Part shown: one piece after another, positions 27,401-39,712 of the stretch | Position numbering within the stretch: the first letter of the stretch is position 1 | Layout of the letters: every line of letters starts with the position of its first letter | Assembly (NCBI GenBank): GCA_964016885.1 | Contig: OZ024765.1 | Location: forward strand, 10,168,001-10,232,000 | Reading direction: 5' to 3' | Source of the DNA: Eledone cirrhosa | Taxonomy: Eukaryota | Length of the DNA: 64,000 bases | The notes under the pieces: model-generated | The model's database searches: none | What the model saw: the letters and a program-made list of their open reading frames with translations, nothing else | What the model was told of the DNA's origin: nothing | Made by a program: the position numbers and the translations under genes

Positions 27401-30400
27401 TGGCTGAGTGGTTAGGGTGTTGGACCTTTTTACCCCCTTTCACATCAACATAGTTCAAGTGAAGGCATGTGGCTGAGTGGTTAGGGTGTTGGACCCTTTT
27501 ACCCCCTTTCACATCAACATAGTTCAAGTGAAGGTGTGTGGCTGAGTGGTTAGGGTGTTGGACCTTTTTACCCCCTTTCACATCAACATAGTTCAAGTGA
27601 AGGCATGTGGCTGAGTGGTTAGGGTGTTGGACCTTTTTACCCCCTTTCACATCAACATAGTTCAAGTGAAGGCATGTGGCTGAGTGGTTAGGGTGTTGGA
27701 CCTTTTTACCCCCTTTCACATCAACATAGTTCAAGTGAAGGCATGTGGCTGAGTGGTTAGGGTGTTGGACCTTTTTACCCCCTTTCACATCAACATAGTT
27801 CAAGTGAAGGTGTGTGGCTGAGTGGTTAGGGTGTTGGACCTTTTTACCCCCTTTCACATCAACATAGTTCAAGTGAAGGTGTGTGGCTGAGTGGTTAGGG
27901 TGTTGGACCCTTTTACCCCCTTTCACATCAACATAGTTCAAGTGAAGGCATGTGGCTGAGTGGTTAGGGTGTTGGACCTTTTTACCCCCTTTCACATCAA
28001 CATAGTTCAAGTGAAGGCATGTGGCTGAGTGGTTAGGGTGTTGGACCTTTTTACCCCCTTTCACATCAACATAGTTCAAGTGAAGGCATGTGGCTGAGTG
28101 GTTAGGGTGTTGGACCTTTTTACCCCCTTTCACATCAACATAGTTCAAGTGAAGGCATGTGGCTGAGTGGTTAGGGTGTTGGACTTTTTTACCCCCTTTC
28201 ACATCAACATAGTTCAAGTGAAGGTGTGTGGCTGAGTGGTTAGGGTGTTGGACCTTTTTACCCCCTTTCACATCAACATAGTTCAAGTGAAGGCATGTGG
28301 CTGAGTGGTTAGGGTGTTGGACCTTTTTACCCCCTTTCACATCAACATAGTTCAAGTGAAGGTGTGTGGCTGAGTGGTTAGGGTGTTGGACCTTTTTACC
28401 CCCTTTCACATCAACATAGTTCAAGTGAAGGCATGTGGCTGAGTGGTTAGGGTGTTGGACCTTTTTACCCCCTTTCACATCAACATAGTTCAAGTGAAGG
28501 CATGTGGCTGAGTGGTTAGGGTGTTGGACCTTTTTACCCCCTTTCACATCAACATAGTTCAAGTGAAGGCGTGTGGCTGAGTGGTTAGGGTGTTGGACCT
28601 TTTTACCCCCTTTCACATCAACATAGTTCAAGTGAAGGCGTGTGGCTGAGTGGTTAGGGTGTTGGACCTTTTTACCCCCTTTCACATCAACATAGTTCAA
28701 GTGAAGGCATGTGGCTGAGTGGTTAGGGTGTTGGACCTTTTTACCCCCTTTCACATCAACATAGTTCAAGTGAAGGCGTGTGGCTGAGTGGTTAGGGTGT
28801 TGGACCTTTTTACCCCCTTTCACATCAACATAGTTCAAGTGAAGGTGTGTGGCTGAGTGGTTAGGGTGTTGGACCTTTTTACCCCCTTTCACATCAACAT
28901 AGTTCAAGTGAAGGCATGTGGCTGAGTGGTTAGGGTGTTGGATTCACAATCTTGAGGTTGTGAGTTTGATTCCTGGACCGGTCGATGCGTTATGTCCTTG
29001 AGCAAGACACTTTATTTCACGTTGCTCCTTCTACTGGAAAGACCAACGGAAACATTATATATACATAATCGGAATTTCAAGTAGGAGAATCAAGTTACAC
29101 TTATTAAATATGTTTATTCACAGATTGAATTTTTTCTCAATTTCAGAAGATCCCATAAAAATGTGAAAGCAGCGATTCTTTGCTTAAACTTTAATCTGTA
29201 CTAATAATAAATATATATATATATATATATATATAATTTTACCTCATCTGTTAGGTTCATGGCAGATCAAGGGAACAACATTACACCAAACTAGCTGACT
29301 GGGATTACATCGACCAATGTTCACAAGCTGCCATGGATGTTCCTTTATTTGGTGAGTTGCTGGTTTATTTCTTTTATTGCTAATCTGTGTTTTAACTAGC
29401 AGTAGCACTAACATAGTGTAATTCATAATAAAGCTATATATTTTATCGTATGGACTGTTCTGAAATTGAACAAACTTTTGTCTCTCGGAATTACGAACTC
29501 TAGATATTGTTATACATTATAGACTGTTCTAGAATCTAACGATCTTTTCTCTCTCGGAATTCTTTTTTTTTTTTTTTGTCATTATTCATTTATTATCTCT
29601 CATACGTCTGAAAATATACTTTGTCGTATTCATTTCAGCTTCCTGTTCTCTTAGTTTAAACCTGTCGAGATCAACTTTGTCTTTCATCCATTTAAAGTCG
29701 ATAAAAGATTCATAATAAAGCTATATATGGAGGCATATACAATGTTTAACCTTTTAGCATTTAAACCGGCCATATCTGGCCACAATTCTCTCACCTCTTT
29801 CTGTTCAAACCAGCTGTAACCGGCTGCTCATAATGATATTAAGGTATTGTTCTCAAAATAAATTACAACAAAATCTCATACAGTCGATATTATGTGAGGT
29901 AAAGCCTTTACCATGAAATACAATAGTATATATAGAGTAATGTAAAGGGTTAAGGTCATGAACGTTAGAATGTTGGATAGAATGTTTTATGGTATTCATT
30001 TTAGCTCTGTGAGTTGAAACCCACTGAGGTCAACTTTACCTCTCATTCATTTAACCCTTTAGCCTTTACATTACTCTCTATATACTATTGTGTTTTTGTG
30101 GTTAAAGCTACCTCACATAATATCGACTGTATGAGATTTTGATGTTATTTATTTTGAGAACAATACCTTAACATCGGTATAAACAGCCGGTTATGGCCAG
30201 TTTGAACAGAAAGAGGTGAGAGAATTCTGGCCAGATACAGCATAACATGTCCGTACCAACGCAGTCTTCTTTCTTGCACACTACTTCTAATTTCTCTTAT
30301 ACTCAGTTTTTCTCTCTCAGTTCATCCAAGCTCTGTCTTTCATTTACATTAACATTGCACATCCATTGAAGTATACTATACTTGCTTCATTCCTCTCCAA

Positions 30401-32700
30401 CCTAAGACTATCCCCTGTAGTCACTGTCCATGTTTCACAGCCATGTTTTTATTTATTTATTTATATTTTTGTAACAAGGTAATGGGGATGTTCTTTCCTT
30501 TGAGGATGCCAATAACTTCCTAAGCAACAGCCAGGCCAAAGGTGTGATGATAGCAAGGTAAGATATTGTCATATTGTGGATTTTTATCTTTCTTGGCTTT
30601 GTGATTAATCTACTTCTCCTCCACCTCCTCCTCCTCCACCTACTTCTCCTCCACCTACTTCTCCTCCTCCACCTACTTATTCCTGGGAGGGTAGTTGGGG
30701 CAGTGTTCTCAACTACTTCCAGCAGGTCCTGTCAGAAGCTTTTTTATTGTATCACCATCACGACCACTTTACAGTGTGGGCTGGAGGCTTCACTGGATGT
30801 ATACTTCAGCTCGTCCTCATGGGAGTGGGCGGTGCATATTATACATATGCTTCATCTTCGGACTGTGGCCCCGTGGGAAGTCAGGTCTTCTGTAACACCA
30901 GAGATCTCAGTCCTCAAAGAGGTGCAATTGGGCAAGGTCAGCTTTTATCACCTCATCCCAGGTCTTCCTGGGTCTCCCCACTCCAAGGCTTCCATCGACT
31001 TTGAGCACTCTGCACCTTTTTATACAGCTGCTATCCTTTATAAACATCACATATCCATACCAACACATCCTCCTCTCCTGCACACTGCATCTCATTCCTC
31101 TTATGCCTAGTCTCTCCCTCAGTTTGTTCATGCTTTGCCATTCCCATATTTTACTATTACACATCCATTGGAGCATATATACAAAAAGCACCCAGTCCAC
31201 ACTGTAAAGTGGTCATGTAGGTGACACGGTAAAAAGGCTCCCAGTCCAGACTCTAAATGTGGTTGGTGTTAGGAAGGGCATCCAGCCATAGAAAACCTGC
31301 CAGAAACAGTTCACTCATGCTAGCGTGGAAGATGGACGTTAAACAATTATGATGATGATGATGATGATGAAACAAAAATAAAAAGCACAACAAATTAGAA
31401 ATACACTTTTTCTTCTTATTTACATTAGTCACAGTTTTGTGGAACAACTGTCCACCTAGACAGGAATGGCTGTCCAAGAACAGGACTAAGTCTAAAGTCT
31501 GTCTTAAGCCAGAAGGCTCATTTGGCCAGTGCTTATCCCGGTTTCATGGCATGAAGCGACTGAGAATACAAGACTCCCCCCAGCTATTGCTGGTACTCAT
31601 TTTCAGCTGAGTATACTGGAGCAACGTGAAATGAAGTGTTTTACTCAAGAACACAACACGCAACTCAGGAATCAAACCCACATTATGATTGTAAGTCAAA
31701 CACCCTTACCACTAGGCCACGTGCCTCCACTCAAAGAACACGAGCTCCTATATTACAATACAGGAGCCCCTATATAACAATCAGAGTATATATATAACAA
31801 TATTCATGAAAATATTCTATAGTATACATCAATAGTTATATCACAGCTCACACCTATGTAAGTTTAGATGGTCTCCTACAAGGTTGTATCTCATAGCACG
31901 TATATTACTATTAAACATCCATCGGAGTATGCAAGCTTCATTCCTTTCCAAAATTGTTGGCCTTATGCCTAAATTAGAAACCATCATTCATTCATTTCAT
32001 TTCATTTTATGTCCGCTTTTCCCTGCTTGCAAGGGTGGGACGGGAACTGATTCTGGCTTGATTTCTACAGCTGGATGCCCTTCCTTACACCAACCTCATT
32101 TACAGTGAGTGCTGGGTGCTTTTTTTCCGTGGCACCTCCACGACCACTTTGCAGTGGAATGATATGGACCCCAGTCCCTATCATCTCATTTCTACAGCTG
32201 AGTTAACTGGAGCAATGTGAAATAAAGAGTCTTGCCCAAGGAAACAACACATCACCCGGTCTGTCTGATAATTGAACTCACAACCTTTCGATTGCAAGGC
32301 CAATGCTCTAACCACTAAGCCATGTGCTTCCATGTGCCTACATCATTGTACCTTTAATATTTCCTTGTCTGTGTTTTTCAGAGGAGCGTTGATTAAACCA
32401 TGGATTTTCACAGAGATTAAGGAACAGCGCCATTGGGATATTTCATCTAGTGAACGTTTGGACATGCTGCGCGAGTTTGTGAGGAATGGCTTTGAACACT
32501 GGGGAAGTGACCATCAAGGTGTGGAGACTACCAGAAGATTCCTTTTAGAAATGCTGTCCTTTTCACACAGGTTGGTTTCATGTCTCTCTCTCTCTAATGT
32601 CTATACTATTATATAACCCATTGCTTTACTGAGCTGATGGAATAATTAAAGTTTACTTTCTTCACCAAACTTTAACAAGGCTATATTTGCTGGTTATCTG

Positions 32701-32736
<36 letters not shown>

Positions 32737-33552
32737 AATGTGGTTGGTGTTAGGAAGGGCATCCAGTTGTGGAAAACCAGCCAGAAACATTCCTATATGA
32801 GCGAGGCACGGTCACCCGACCCAACTTGCCTCTAAATGGGACAAACCCATCTAACCCATGCTAGCATGGAAGATAGACGTTAATCGATGATGATATATAT
32901 ATAATAAAATGTTGTAGTTTGCTAGAAGCATTGTGTATAATATATAATGTTGAAAGAGATATAATATATAATGTTGAATGCAAAATGGACTGTAAGATGA
33001 GGTAACAAAAAGTAAGTTACCTGGTAATATTTGTCTTGTTTTTTTTTTTTTGTTCTTCTTTTTTTCTGTCCAATATTTCGGGACCTAAAAGTCTCTTCTT
33101 CAGGGTTTAAGGAACTTTCCAATTTGCTCTCTTTGGGCTTAAATTTATATATATATATATATTATTTCTGAAGACGGCATATATATGTGTTGGTATGTAT
33201 ATTTAATCTTGATAGTTTGTATAATTTTGTATAATTTTGTACATAGATCTGTTGAATATGCATGCCAATTCTAACACATATATGTCCTAGAAACGATCGT
33301 TAAATAATGAACTTTTTTTGTTTAATATAAGGAACTGTTTCATTGTTTTATTCATTATTTGTTTAATATTTTATATATATATATATATATAAGCAAAAGA
33401 GATATTCAATTTGTTGGTAATTCAACAAATATAAATGTTTATAACTGATTCAAAGCACTCAAACAGGTTTTCTGGAGTATAATATTCAATGATATTAAAT
33501 AAATGGAAACTATATTTATAAATATAGCTTCCATTTATTTAATGTCATTGAG

Positions 33553-33590
<38 letters not shown>

Positions 33591-33697
33591 ATCTGTAAGT
33601 GTGAACATAAATAAATCCTCTCAGGCCTTGCTCAGAGTGTAGTGTCAGCTTTGAATGTTGGTAAGCTTGTCCAGCTAACCTCAGTCTCCTCTATGTC

Positions 33698-33746
<49 letters not shown>

Positions 33747-35866
33747 AGGCACATTGGCTTTGCAATCGAAAGGTTGTGAGTTCAATTCTCAGACCGGGTG
33801 ATGTGTTGTTTCCTTGAGCAAGACACTTTATTTAACATTGCTCCAGTTTACTCAGCTGTAGAAATGAGATGATAGGGACTGGGGTCCCTATCATTCCACT
33901 GCAAAGTGGTCGTGGAGGTGCCACGGCAAAAAAGCACCCAGCACTCACTGTAAATGAGGTTGGTGTTAGGAAGGGCATCCAGCTGTAGAAATCAAGCCAG
34001 AATCAGTTCCCGTCCCACCCATGCAAGCAGGGAAAAGCGGACGTAAAATGATGATTATGATTATTATATATATACAGTTCACTCTGTCAGATAGTAAGAG
34101 TGGTACCATGGGGGTTTAGTGTGAAAATGGTTAAATTATTTCACTTAACCCTTTAGCATTTAAACCGACCAAATCCGGCCAAAATTCTCTCACCTCTTTC
34201 TGGACAAACTGGCTGTAACTTGCCACTCATACTGATGTTAAGGTATAGATCTCAAAATAAATAATATCAAAACCTCATAGATTCAATATTATGTTAAGTA
34301 AAGCCTTTACCATGAAAATATAATAGTAAATATAGAGTAATGTAAATGCTAAAGGGTTCATTTCCTTATGTTTTTGCCCAGATATATCCCAGTTGGTGTC
34401 CTTGAGCGAGTTCCTCAGAAAATCAATGAACGTCCGCCATACTACGTGGCCAGAGATGACCTAGAGACCATGATGTCCAGTTCTAATTGTAGAGACTGGA
34501 TAAAGATAAGGTGAGCATATTGTGACTCTTTCTCTCAGTATGTGTGTATATATGTGTACGTCTGTGTGTGTGTATATGTGTACGTCTGTGTGTGTGTATC
34601 TGTGTATATGTGTACATCTGTGTGTGTGTGTGTGTGTATCTGTGTATCTGTGTATATGTACATCTGTGTGTGTGTGTATCTATGTGTATATGTGTACGTC
34701 TCTGTGTGTATCTGTATATATATATATGTGTGTGTATCTATGTGTATGTCTGTGTATCTATATGTGTATGTCTCTGTGTGTGTGTATATATATATGTGTG
34801 TGTGTCTGTAAATCTGTGTGTATCTATGTACATCTGTGTGTGTGTCTATATCTATGCGTGTGTGTATATATGTATATGTGTGTATGTCTCTGTGTGTGTG
34901 TATATGTGTATGTCTATATGCGTGTGTATATGTATACATCTCCCGACCATTCCCACATCAAATGGAACAATCCTGTCTAACCCATGCTAGCGTGGAAGAT
35001 GGGCATTAACCCTTTAGCATTTACATTACTCTATATATACTATTGTATTTTCACAGTAAAGGCTTTACCTCACATAATATCTCACATAACATTTACGTTA
35101 CTCTATATTTACTATTGTATTTTCACAGTAAAGACTTTACCTCACATAACATTTACATTACTCTATATTTACTATTATATTTTCACAGTAAATGCTTTAC
35201 CTCACATAATATCTCACATAACATTTACATTACTCTATATATACTATTGTATTTTCACAGTAAAGTCTTTACCTCACATAATATCTCACATAACATTTAC
35301 ATTACTCTATATATACTATTGTATTTTCACAGTAAAGTCTTTACCTCACATAATATCTCACATAACATTTACATTACTCTATATTTACTATTGTATTTTC
35401 ACAGTAAAGACTTTACCTCACATAATATCTCACATAACATTTACATTACTCTATATATACTATTGTATTTTCACAATAAAGACTTTACCTCACATAATAT
35501 CTCACATAACATTTACATTACTCTATATATACTATTGTATTTTCACAGTAAAGTCTTTACCTCACATAATATCTCACATAACATTTACATTACTCTATAT
35601 ATACTGTTGTATTTTCACAGTAAAGGCTTTACCTCACATAATATCTCACATAACATTTACATTACTCTATATATACTATTGTATTTTCACAGTAAAGGCT
35701 TTACCTCACATAACATTCACATTACTCTATATTTACTATTGTATTTTCAAGGGTTAAACAATGATGATTATCATGTTTTTCTTTCAATTTCAGTGAAATG
35801 CTGTTGGGACCAGTGACTGAGAACTTTCTATTTCTACCAAAACACAAGGCCAATGCTTATAAATAG
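20438..35866 (+). CDS. DUS3L: tRNA-dihydrouridine(47) synthase [NAD(P)+]-like, complete, 10 coding exons, 755 aa
   Basis: Exons 20438-20676, 21292-22309, 22677-22826, 23797-23913, 25117-25293, 29255-29351, 30479-30557, 32382-32570, 34382-34510, 35794-35866 (2268 nt, in phase). Two CCCH zinc fingers, [17 protein letters not shown], catalytic [29 protein letters not shown]-terminal [11 protein letters not shown]. Confidence 0.97.
21292..22309 (+). CDS. DUS3L: DUS3L exon 2 (CCCH fingers, 26-aa repeats, start of Dus domain)
   Basis: caccag|...KLYLAPLTT|gtaagt. Confidence 0.95.
22677..22826 (+). CDS. DUS3L: DUS3L exon 3
   Basis: [23 protein letters not shown]...EDIFGIQ. Confidence 0.96.
23797..23913 (+). 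CDS. DUS3L: DUS3L exon 4 (catalytic Cys)
   Basis: [14 protein letters not shown]...[17 protein letters not shown]. Confidence 0.96.
25117..25293 (+). CDS. DUS3L: DUS3L exon 5
   Basis: [10 protein letters not shown]...PLTVKMRTG...GVDLIT. Confidence 0.96.
25330..29030 (+). repeat. 69-bp satellite, ~52 copies, from a tRNA-SINE 5' head; the last unit runs into an intact SINE head and CORE-like body
   Basis: Unit contains A-box-like TGGCTGAGTGG; after 28940 come B-box-like GAGTTTGATTCC and GTCCTTGAGCAAGACACTTT. Confidence 0.95.
29255..29351 (+). CDS. DUS3L: DUS3L exon 6
   Basis: [22 protein letters not shown]...VPLFG. Confidence 0.96.
30479..30557 (+). CDS. DUS3L: DUS3L exon 7
   Basis: [11 protein letters not shown]...GVMIAR. 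Confidence 0.95.
32382..32570 (+). CDS. DUS3L: DUS3L exon 8
   Basis: [27 protein letters not shown]...HWGSD...TRRFLLE. Confidence 0.96.
33161..33308 (+). ncRNA. Hammerhead ribozyme motif with long stem II, in DUS3L intron 8 (sense)
   Basis: AUUAUUU-CUGAAGA-cGGCAUAUA...UAUAUGUCcua-GAAAC GAUC GUU^AAAUAAU. Confidence 0.7.
33745..34055 (+). mobile_element. tRNA/CORE-like SINE family B; other copies 31985-32335(-), 44605-44795(+), 14290-14412(-), 20750-21015(-), 31495-31730(-), 50340-50622(-)
   Basis: GAGTTCAATTC B box, CCTTGAGCAAGACACTTT, AGGAAGGGCATCCAGC, (ATG)n tail. Confidence 0.85.
34146..34359. mobile_element. piggyBac-like MITE (TTAA-CCCTTTAGCATT ... AATGCTAAAGGG-TTAA); other copies ~2455-2637, 19640-20140, 29746-29953, 30051-30240, 42715-42952, 45541-45756, 48811-49096, 49271-49509, 49620-50102
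   Basis: Shared ~210-bp body, TTAA-flanked inverted termini starting CCC. Confidence 0.75.
34382..34510 (+). CDS. DUS3L: DUS3L exon 9
   Basis: [21 protein letters not shown]...DLETMMSS...DWIKIS. Confidence 0.96.
35007..35757. repeat. 72/60-bp subterminal repeat expansion inside a TTAA MITE (~10 copies)
   Basis: Begins ttaaccctttagcatt, ends agggttaa. Confidence 0.9.
35794..35866 (+). CDS. DUS3L: DUS3L last exon
   Basis: [23 protein letters not shown]. Confidence 0.96.
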
Positions 35867-36007
35867 TGTTTAAAATGAAACCTTATTTTATTTTTTATAT
35901 TATATCCTACTATTTGCATGTATATCCATATATATATGTATATCCATATATATATTCATGTATATCCATATATATATATGTATATCCATATATATATATG
36001 TATATCC

Positions 36008-36043
<36 letters not shown>

Positions 36044-37245
36044 GCATGTATACATACTTATATTCATGTATATCCATATATATGTATATCCATATACATG
36101 TGTATCCATATATTTGTATACATATATGTGTATGTACATATATATGTGTGTATACATATGTATGTACATTTATATGTGTGTATACATGTATATGTATATA
36201 TACATATATATGTACATATATAGGTGTATATATATGTATATACATATATATATATATGTGTGTATGTATATATTATATATGTGTGAGTGTGTGTATACAT
36301 ATATATATATATATGTATATATAATATATGTATATATATATATGTGTGTATATACATACAGGGTGTCCTCCAAAAATGTATACACACTTCAACAGCATTC
36401 TAATAAATGTGTATCTATAAATATATATATATATAGACATATGTCTATATATATATATATATATTTATATACATCTCTCTCTCTCTATATGTATATATAT
36501 GTATATATATGTGTACATATGTATATATATGTATACATGTATATATATGTATATATATATATGTATACATGTATATATATGTATATATATATATATGTAT
36601 ATATATATATGTATATATATATGTATATATATATGTATATATATATGTATATATATATATGTATATATATATGTATATATATATATGTATATATATATAT
36701 GTATATATATATATGTATATATATATATGTATATATATATATGTATATATATATGTATATATATATATGTATATATATATATGTATATATATATGTATAT
36801 ATATATGTATATATATATGTATATATATATATGTATATATATATGTATATATATATATGTATATATATATGTATATATATATGTATATATATATGTATAT
36901 ATATATATGTATATATATATATGTATATATATATATGTATATATATATGTATATGTATATATATATGTATATGTATATATATGTATATATATATGTATAT
37001 GTATATATATATGTATATATATATATATGTATATATGTATGTATATATATATGTATATATGTATATATGTATGTATATATATATGCATGTATATATATAT
37101 GTATATATGTATGTATGTATAAATATATGTATATATATATATATATAAAAAAACTTGGTACATCTACATATGTATACGTGTGTGTATTCATATACATACT
37201 AGTATTTCAGTATACATATATGGATGTACATCTTTGACTTAATTA

Positions 37246-37322
<77 letters not shown>

Positions 37323-37528
37323 GTGTGTGTATGTGAAATACTGAAGACAATCCACCAGACACCAACTCCACCAGGAACTATTGACAATAAAACCATTTCA
37401 AAATAATTCTTTCATTGTTGTTATTCTTCTTTGTTTTTCTTTTACTGGTTTTATTTATTAGACTGTAGCCATGCTGCTAGGACACCACTAAACATAGTGC
37501 ATATTTTTTTCAATTCTAACTTTTTTTG

Positions 37529-38824
37529 TTAACCCTTTAGCATTTAAACCGGCCGTAACCGGCCAGAATTCGCTCCCCCCTGTCCGCTCAAATTGGTCAT
37601 AACCGGCCACCCATACTGATATTAACCCTTTAGCGTTCAAACCGGACAAAACCGGCCAGAATTCTCTACCTCTCTCTGTTGAAACTGGCTGTAACTGGTC
37701 GCTCAAACTGATGTTAAGGTATTGTTCTCAAAATAAATACGTTCAAAATCTCATAGATTCGATATTATCTGAGATAATTATGTGAGGTAAAGCCTTTACC
37801 ATGAAAATACAATAGTATATATAGAGTAATGTAAATGTTAAGTGAGATATTATGTGAGGTAAAGCCTTTACCATGAAAATACAATAGTATATATAGAGTA
37901 ATGTAAATGTTATGTGAGATATGTGAGGTAGAGCCTTTACCACAGAAATACAATAGTATATATAGAGTAATGTAAATGTTATGTGAGATATTATGAGAGG
38001 TAAAGCCTTTACCATGAAAATATAATAGTATATATAGAGTAATGTAAATGTTATGTGAGATATTATGTAAGGTAAAGCCTTTACCATGAAAATACAATAG
38101 TATATATAGAGTAATGTAAATGTTATGCGAGATATTATGTAAGGTAAAGCCTTTACTGTGAAAATACAATAGTATATATAGAGTAATGTAAATGTTATGT
38201 GAGATATTATGTGAGGTAAAGCCTTTACTGTGAAAATACAATAGTATATATAGAGTAATGTAAATGTTAAGTGAGATATTATGTGAGGTAAAGCCTTTAC
38301 CATGAAAATACAATAGTATATATAGAGTAATGTAAATGTTATGCGAGATATTATGTAAGGTAAAGCCTTTACTGTGAAAATACAATAGTATATATAGAGT
38401 AATGTAAATGTTATGTGAGATATTATGTGAGGTAAAGCCTTTACTGTGAAAATACAATAGTATATATAGAGTAATGTAAATGTTAAGTGAGATATTATGT
38501 GAGGTAAAGCCTTTACCATGAAAATACAATAGTATATATAGAGTAATGTAAATGTTATGTGAGATATGTGAGGTAGAGCCTTTACCACAGAAATACAATA
38601 GTATATATAGAGTAATGTAAATGTTATGTGAGGTAAAGCCTTTATCACAGAAATACAATAGTATATATAGAGTAATGTAAATGTTATGTGAGATATGTGA
38701 GGTAGAGCCTTTACCACAGAAATACAATAGTATATATAGAGTAATGTAAATGTTATGTGAGGTAAAGCCTTTACCACAGAAATACAATAGTATATATAGA
38801 GTAATATAAATTCTAAAGGGTTAA
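37529..38824. repeat. TTAA MITE with ~15 copies of the same subterminal repeat (opposite orientation), preceded by a truncated copy
   Basis: Termini ttaacccttt at 37529 and 37622; aaagggttaa at ~38815-38824. Confidence 0.9.
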
Positions 38825-39712
38825 ACCACTAAGTTACAGGAGATGAAAAAATGCAATAAACAGGAACACATACCCAGTAGTCACTGGGTTTCCCTCCAAG
38901 GCACAAGTCTAGTCTGGACAAGGTTGTTTGTGGAAGACCAAGCAGTAGCCCATGTATACCAGACACCCCTCTCCACGCCACCCATGATGTCCATGGGAAA
39001 GGCAATTGCAGATACAGCTTTGCACCATTCATGGCATCCAGCCTTAGAAAACCTGCCAGATACAGTCCTATACGAATGAGGCATGGTCACTCAACTAATC
39101 TTGCCTCAAGCGGGACAATCCCATCTAACCCATGCTAGCGTGGAACATAGACGTTTAAACGATGATGATGATGTGAGTGTGTGTATACATACATGTTAAT
39201 AACTGCATTGTTTCTTGCCCTCATTTGGTCATTCCATGAGAGTATCTGGGTCAGCCTATGAACTTTTCAGCTGACCCTCCTATATATATATATATATATA
39301 GTGTACACGTGTCTAAGGAATACTCAGCCACATACAGGTTATTTCACAAGTTGGATGTTCAGTTATTCCAAAAACCTTAAATGTTAATTGTTCGGAAGCT
39401 GAACTGACAGATGATTCATCATAAGCACATTATATAATGTAGTCCTAGATACACTTATGTCTGGACAGATGACAGGCAGTGTGGTTAGCAATGGAATGCC
39501 TCTGATCTGATCAAAGGGTATCTGGTTAACTAGTACTGACCTGGGGCTAATCAATAACTGATTAGGGAGGCCATAAATACTGACAAGAAAAATGTAGATT
39601 AGAAGGTGGAGTTACTTTTAAAGGGTGATGTGATATAGCCAGGGGCATGGTCTACTCTCACACTACACCACACATCACATAGGTCAGAATGTGCTCTGAC
39701 AGCTGTGACTCT

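Noticed and set aside
25302-28907. 1201-aa repeat ORF ([21 protein letters not shown]..)
   Set aside because: Antisense translation of a 69-bp SINE-derived satellite (unit divisible by 3) in a DUS3L intron; no ATG start, and variation reflects CpG decay rather than codon selection.
25330-28942. CRISPR-like array
   Set aside because: No unique spacers, no cas genes, eukaryotic intron; the same applies to the other arrays.
28913-28980. tRNA gene (also other SINE heads such as 44605-44675, 54690-54785)
   Set aside because: A/B boxes present but no complete cloverleaf, and each continues into a SINE body.
29140-29175. Possible hammerhead (CAGAAGA TCCCAT..ATGTGA AAG)
   Set aside because: Core is mutated and stems I and III cannot be formed.
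34984-38787. Repetitive YILLYFH / IYIY ORFs
   Set aside because: MITE subterminal repeats and TA microsatellites.
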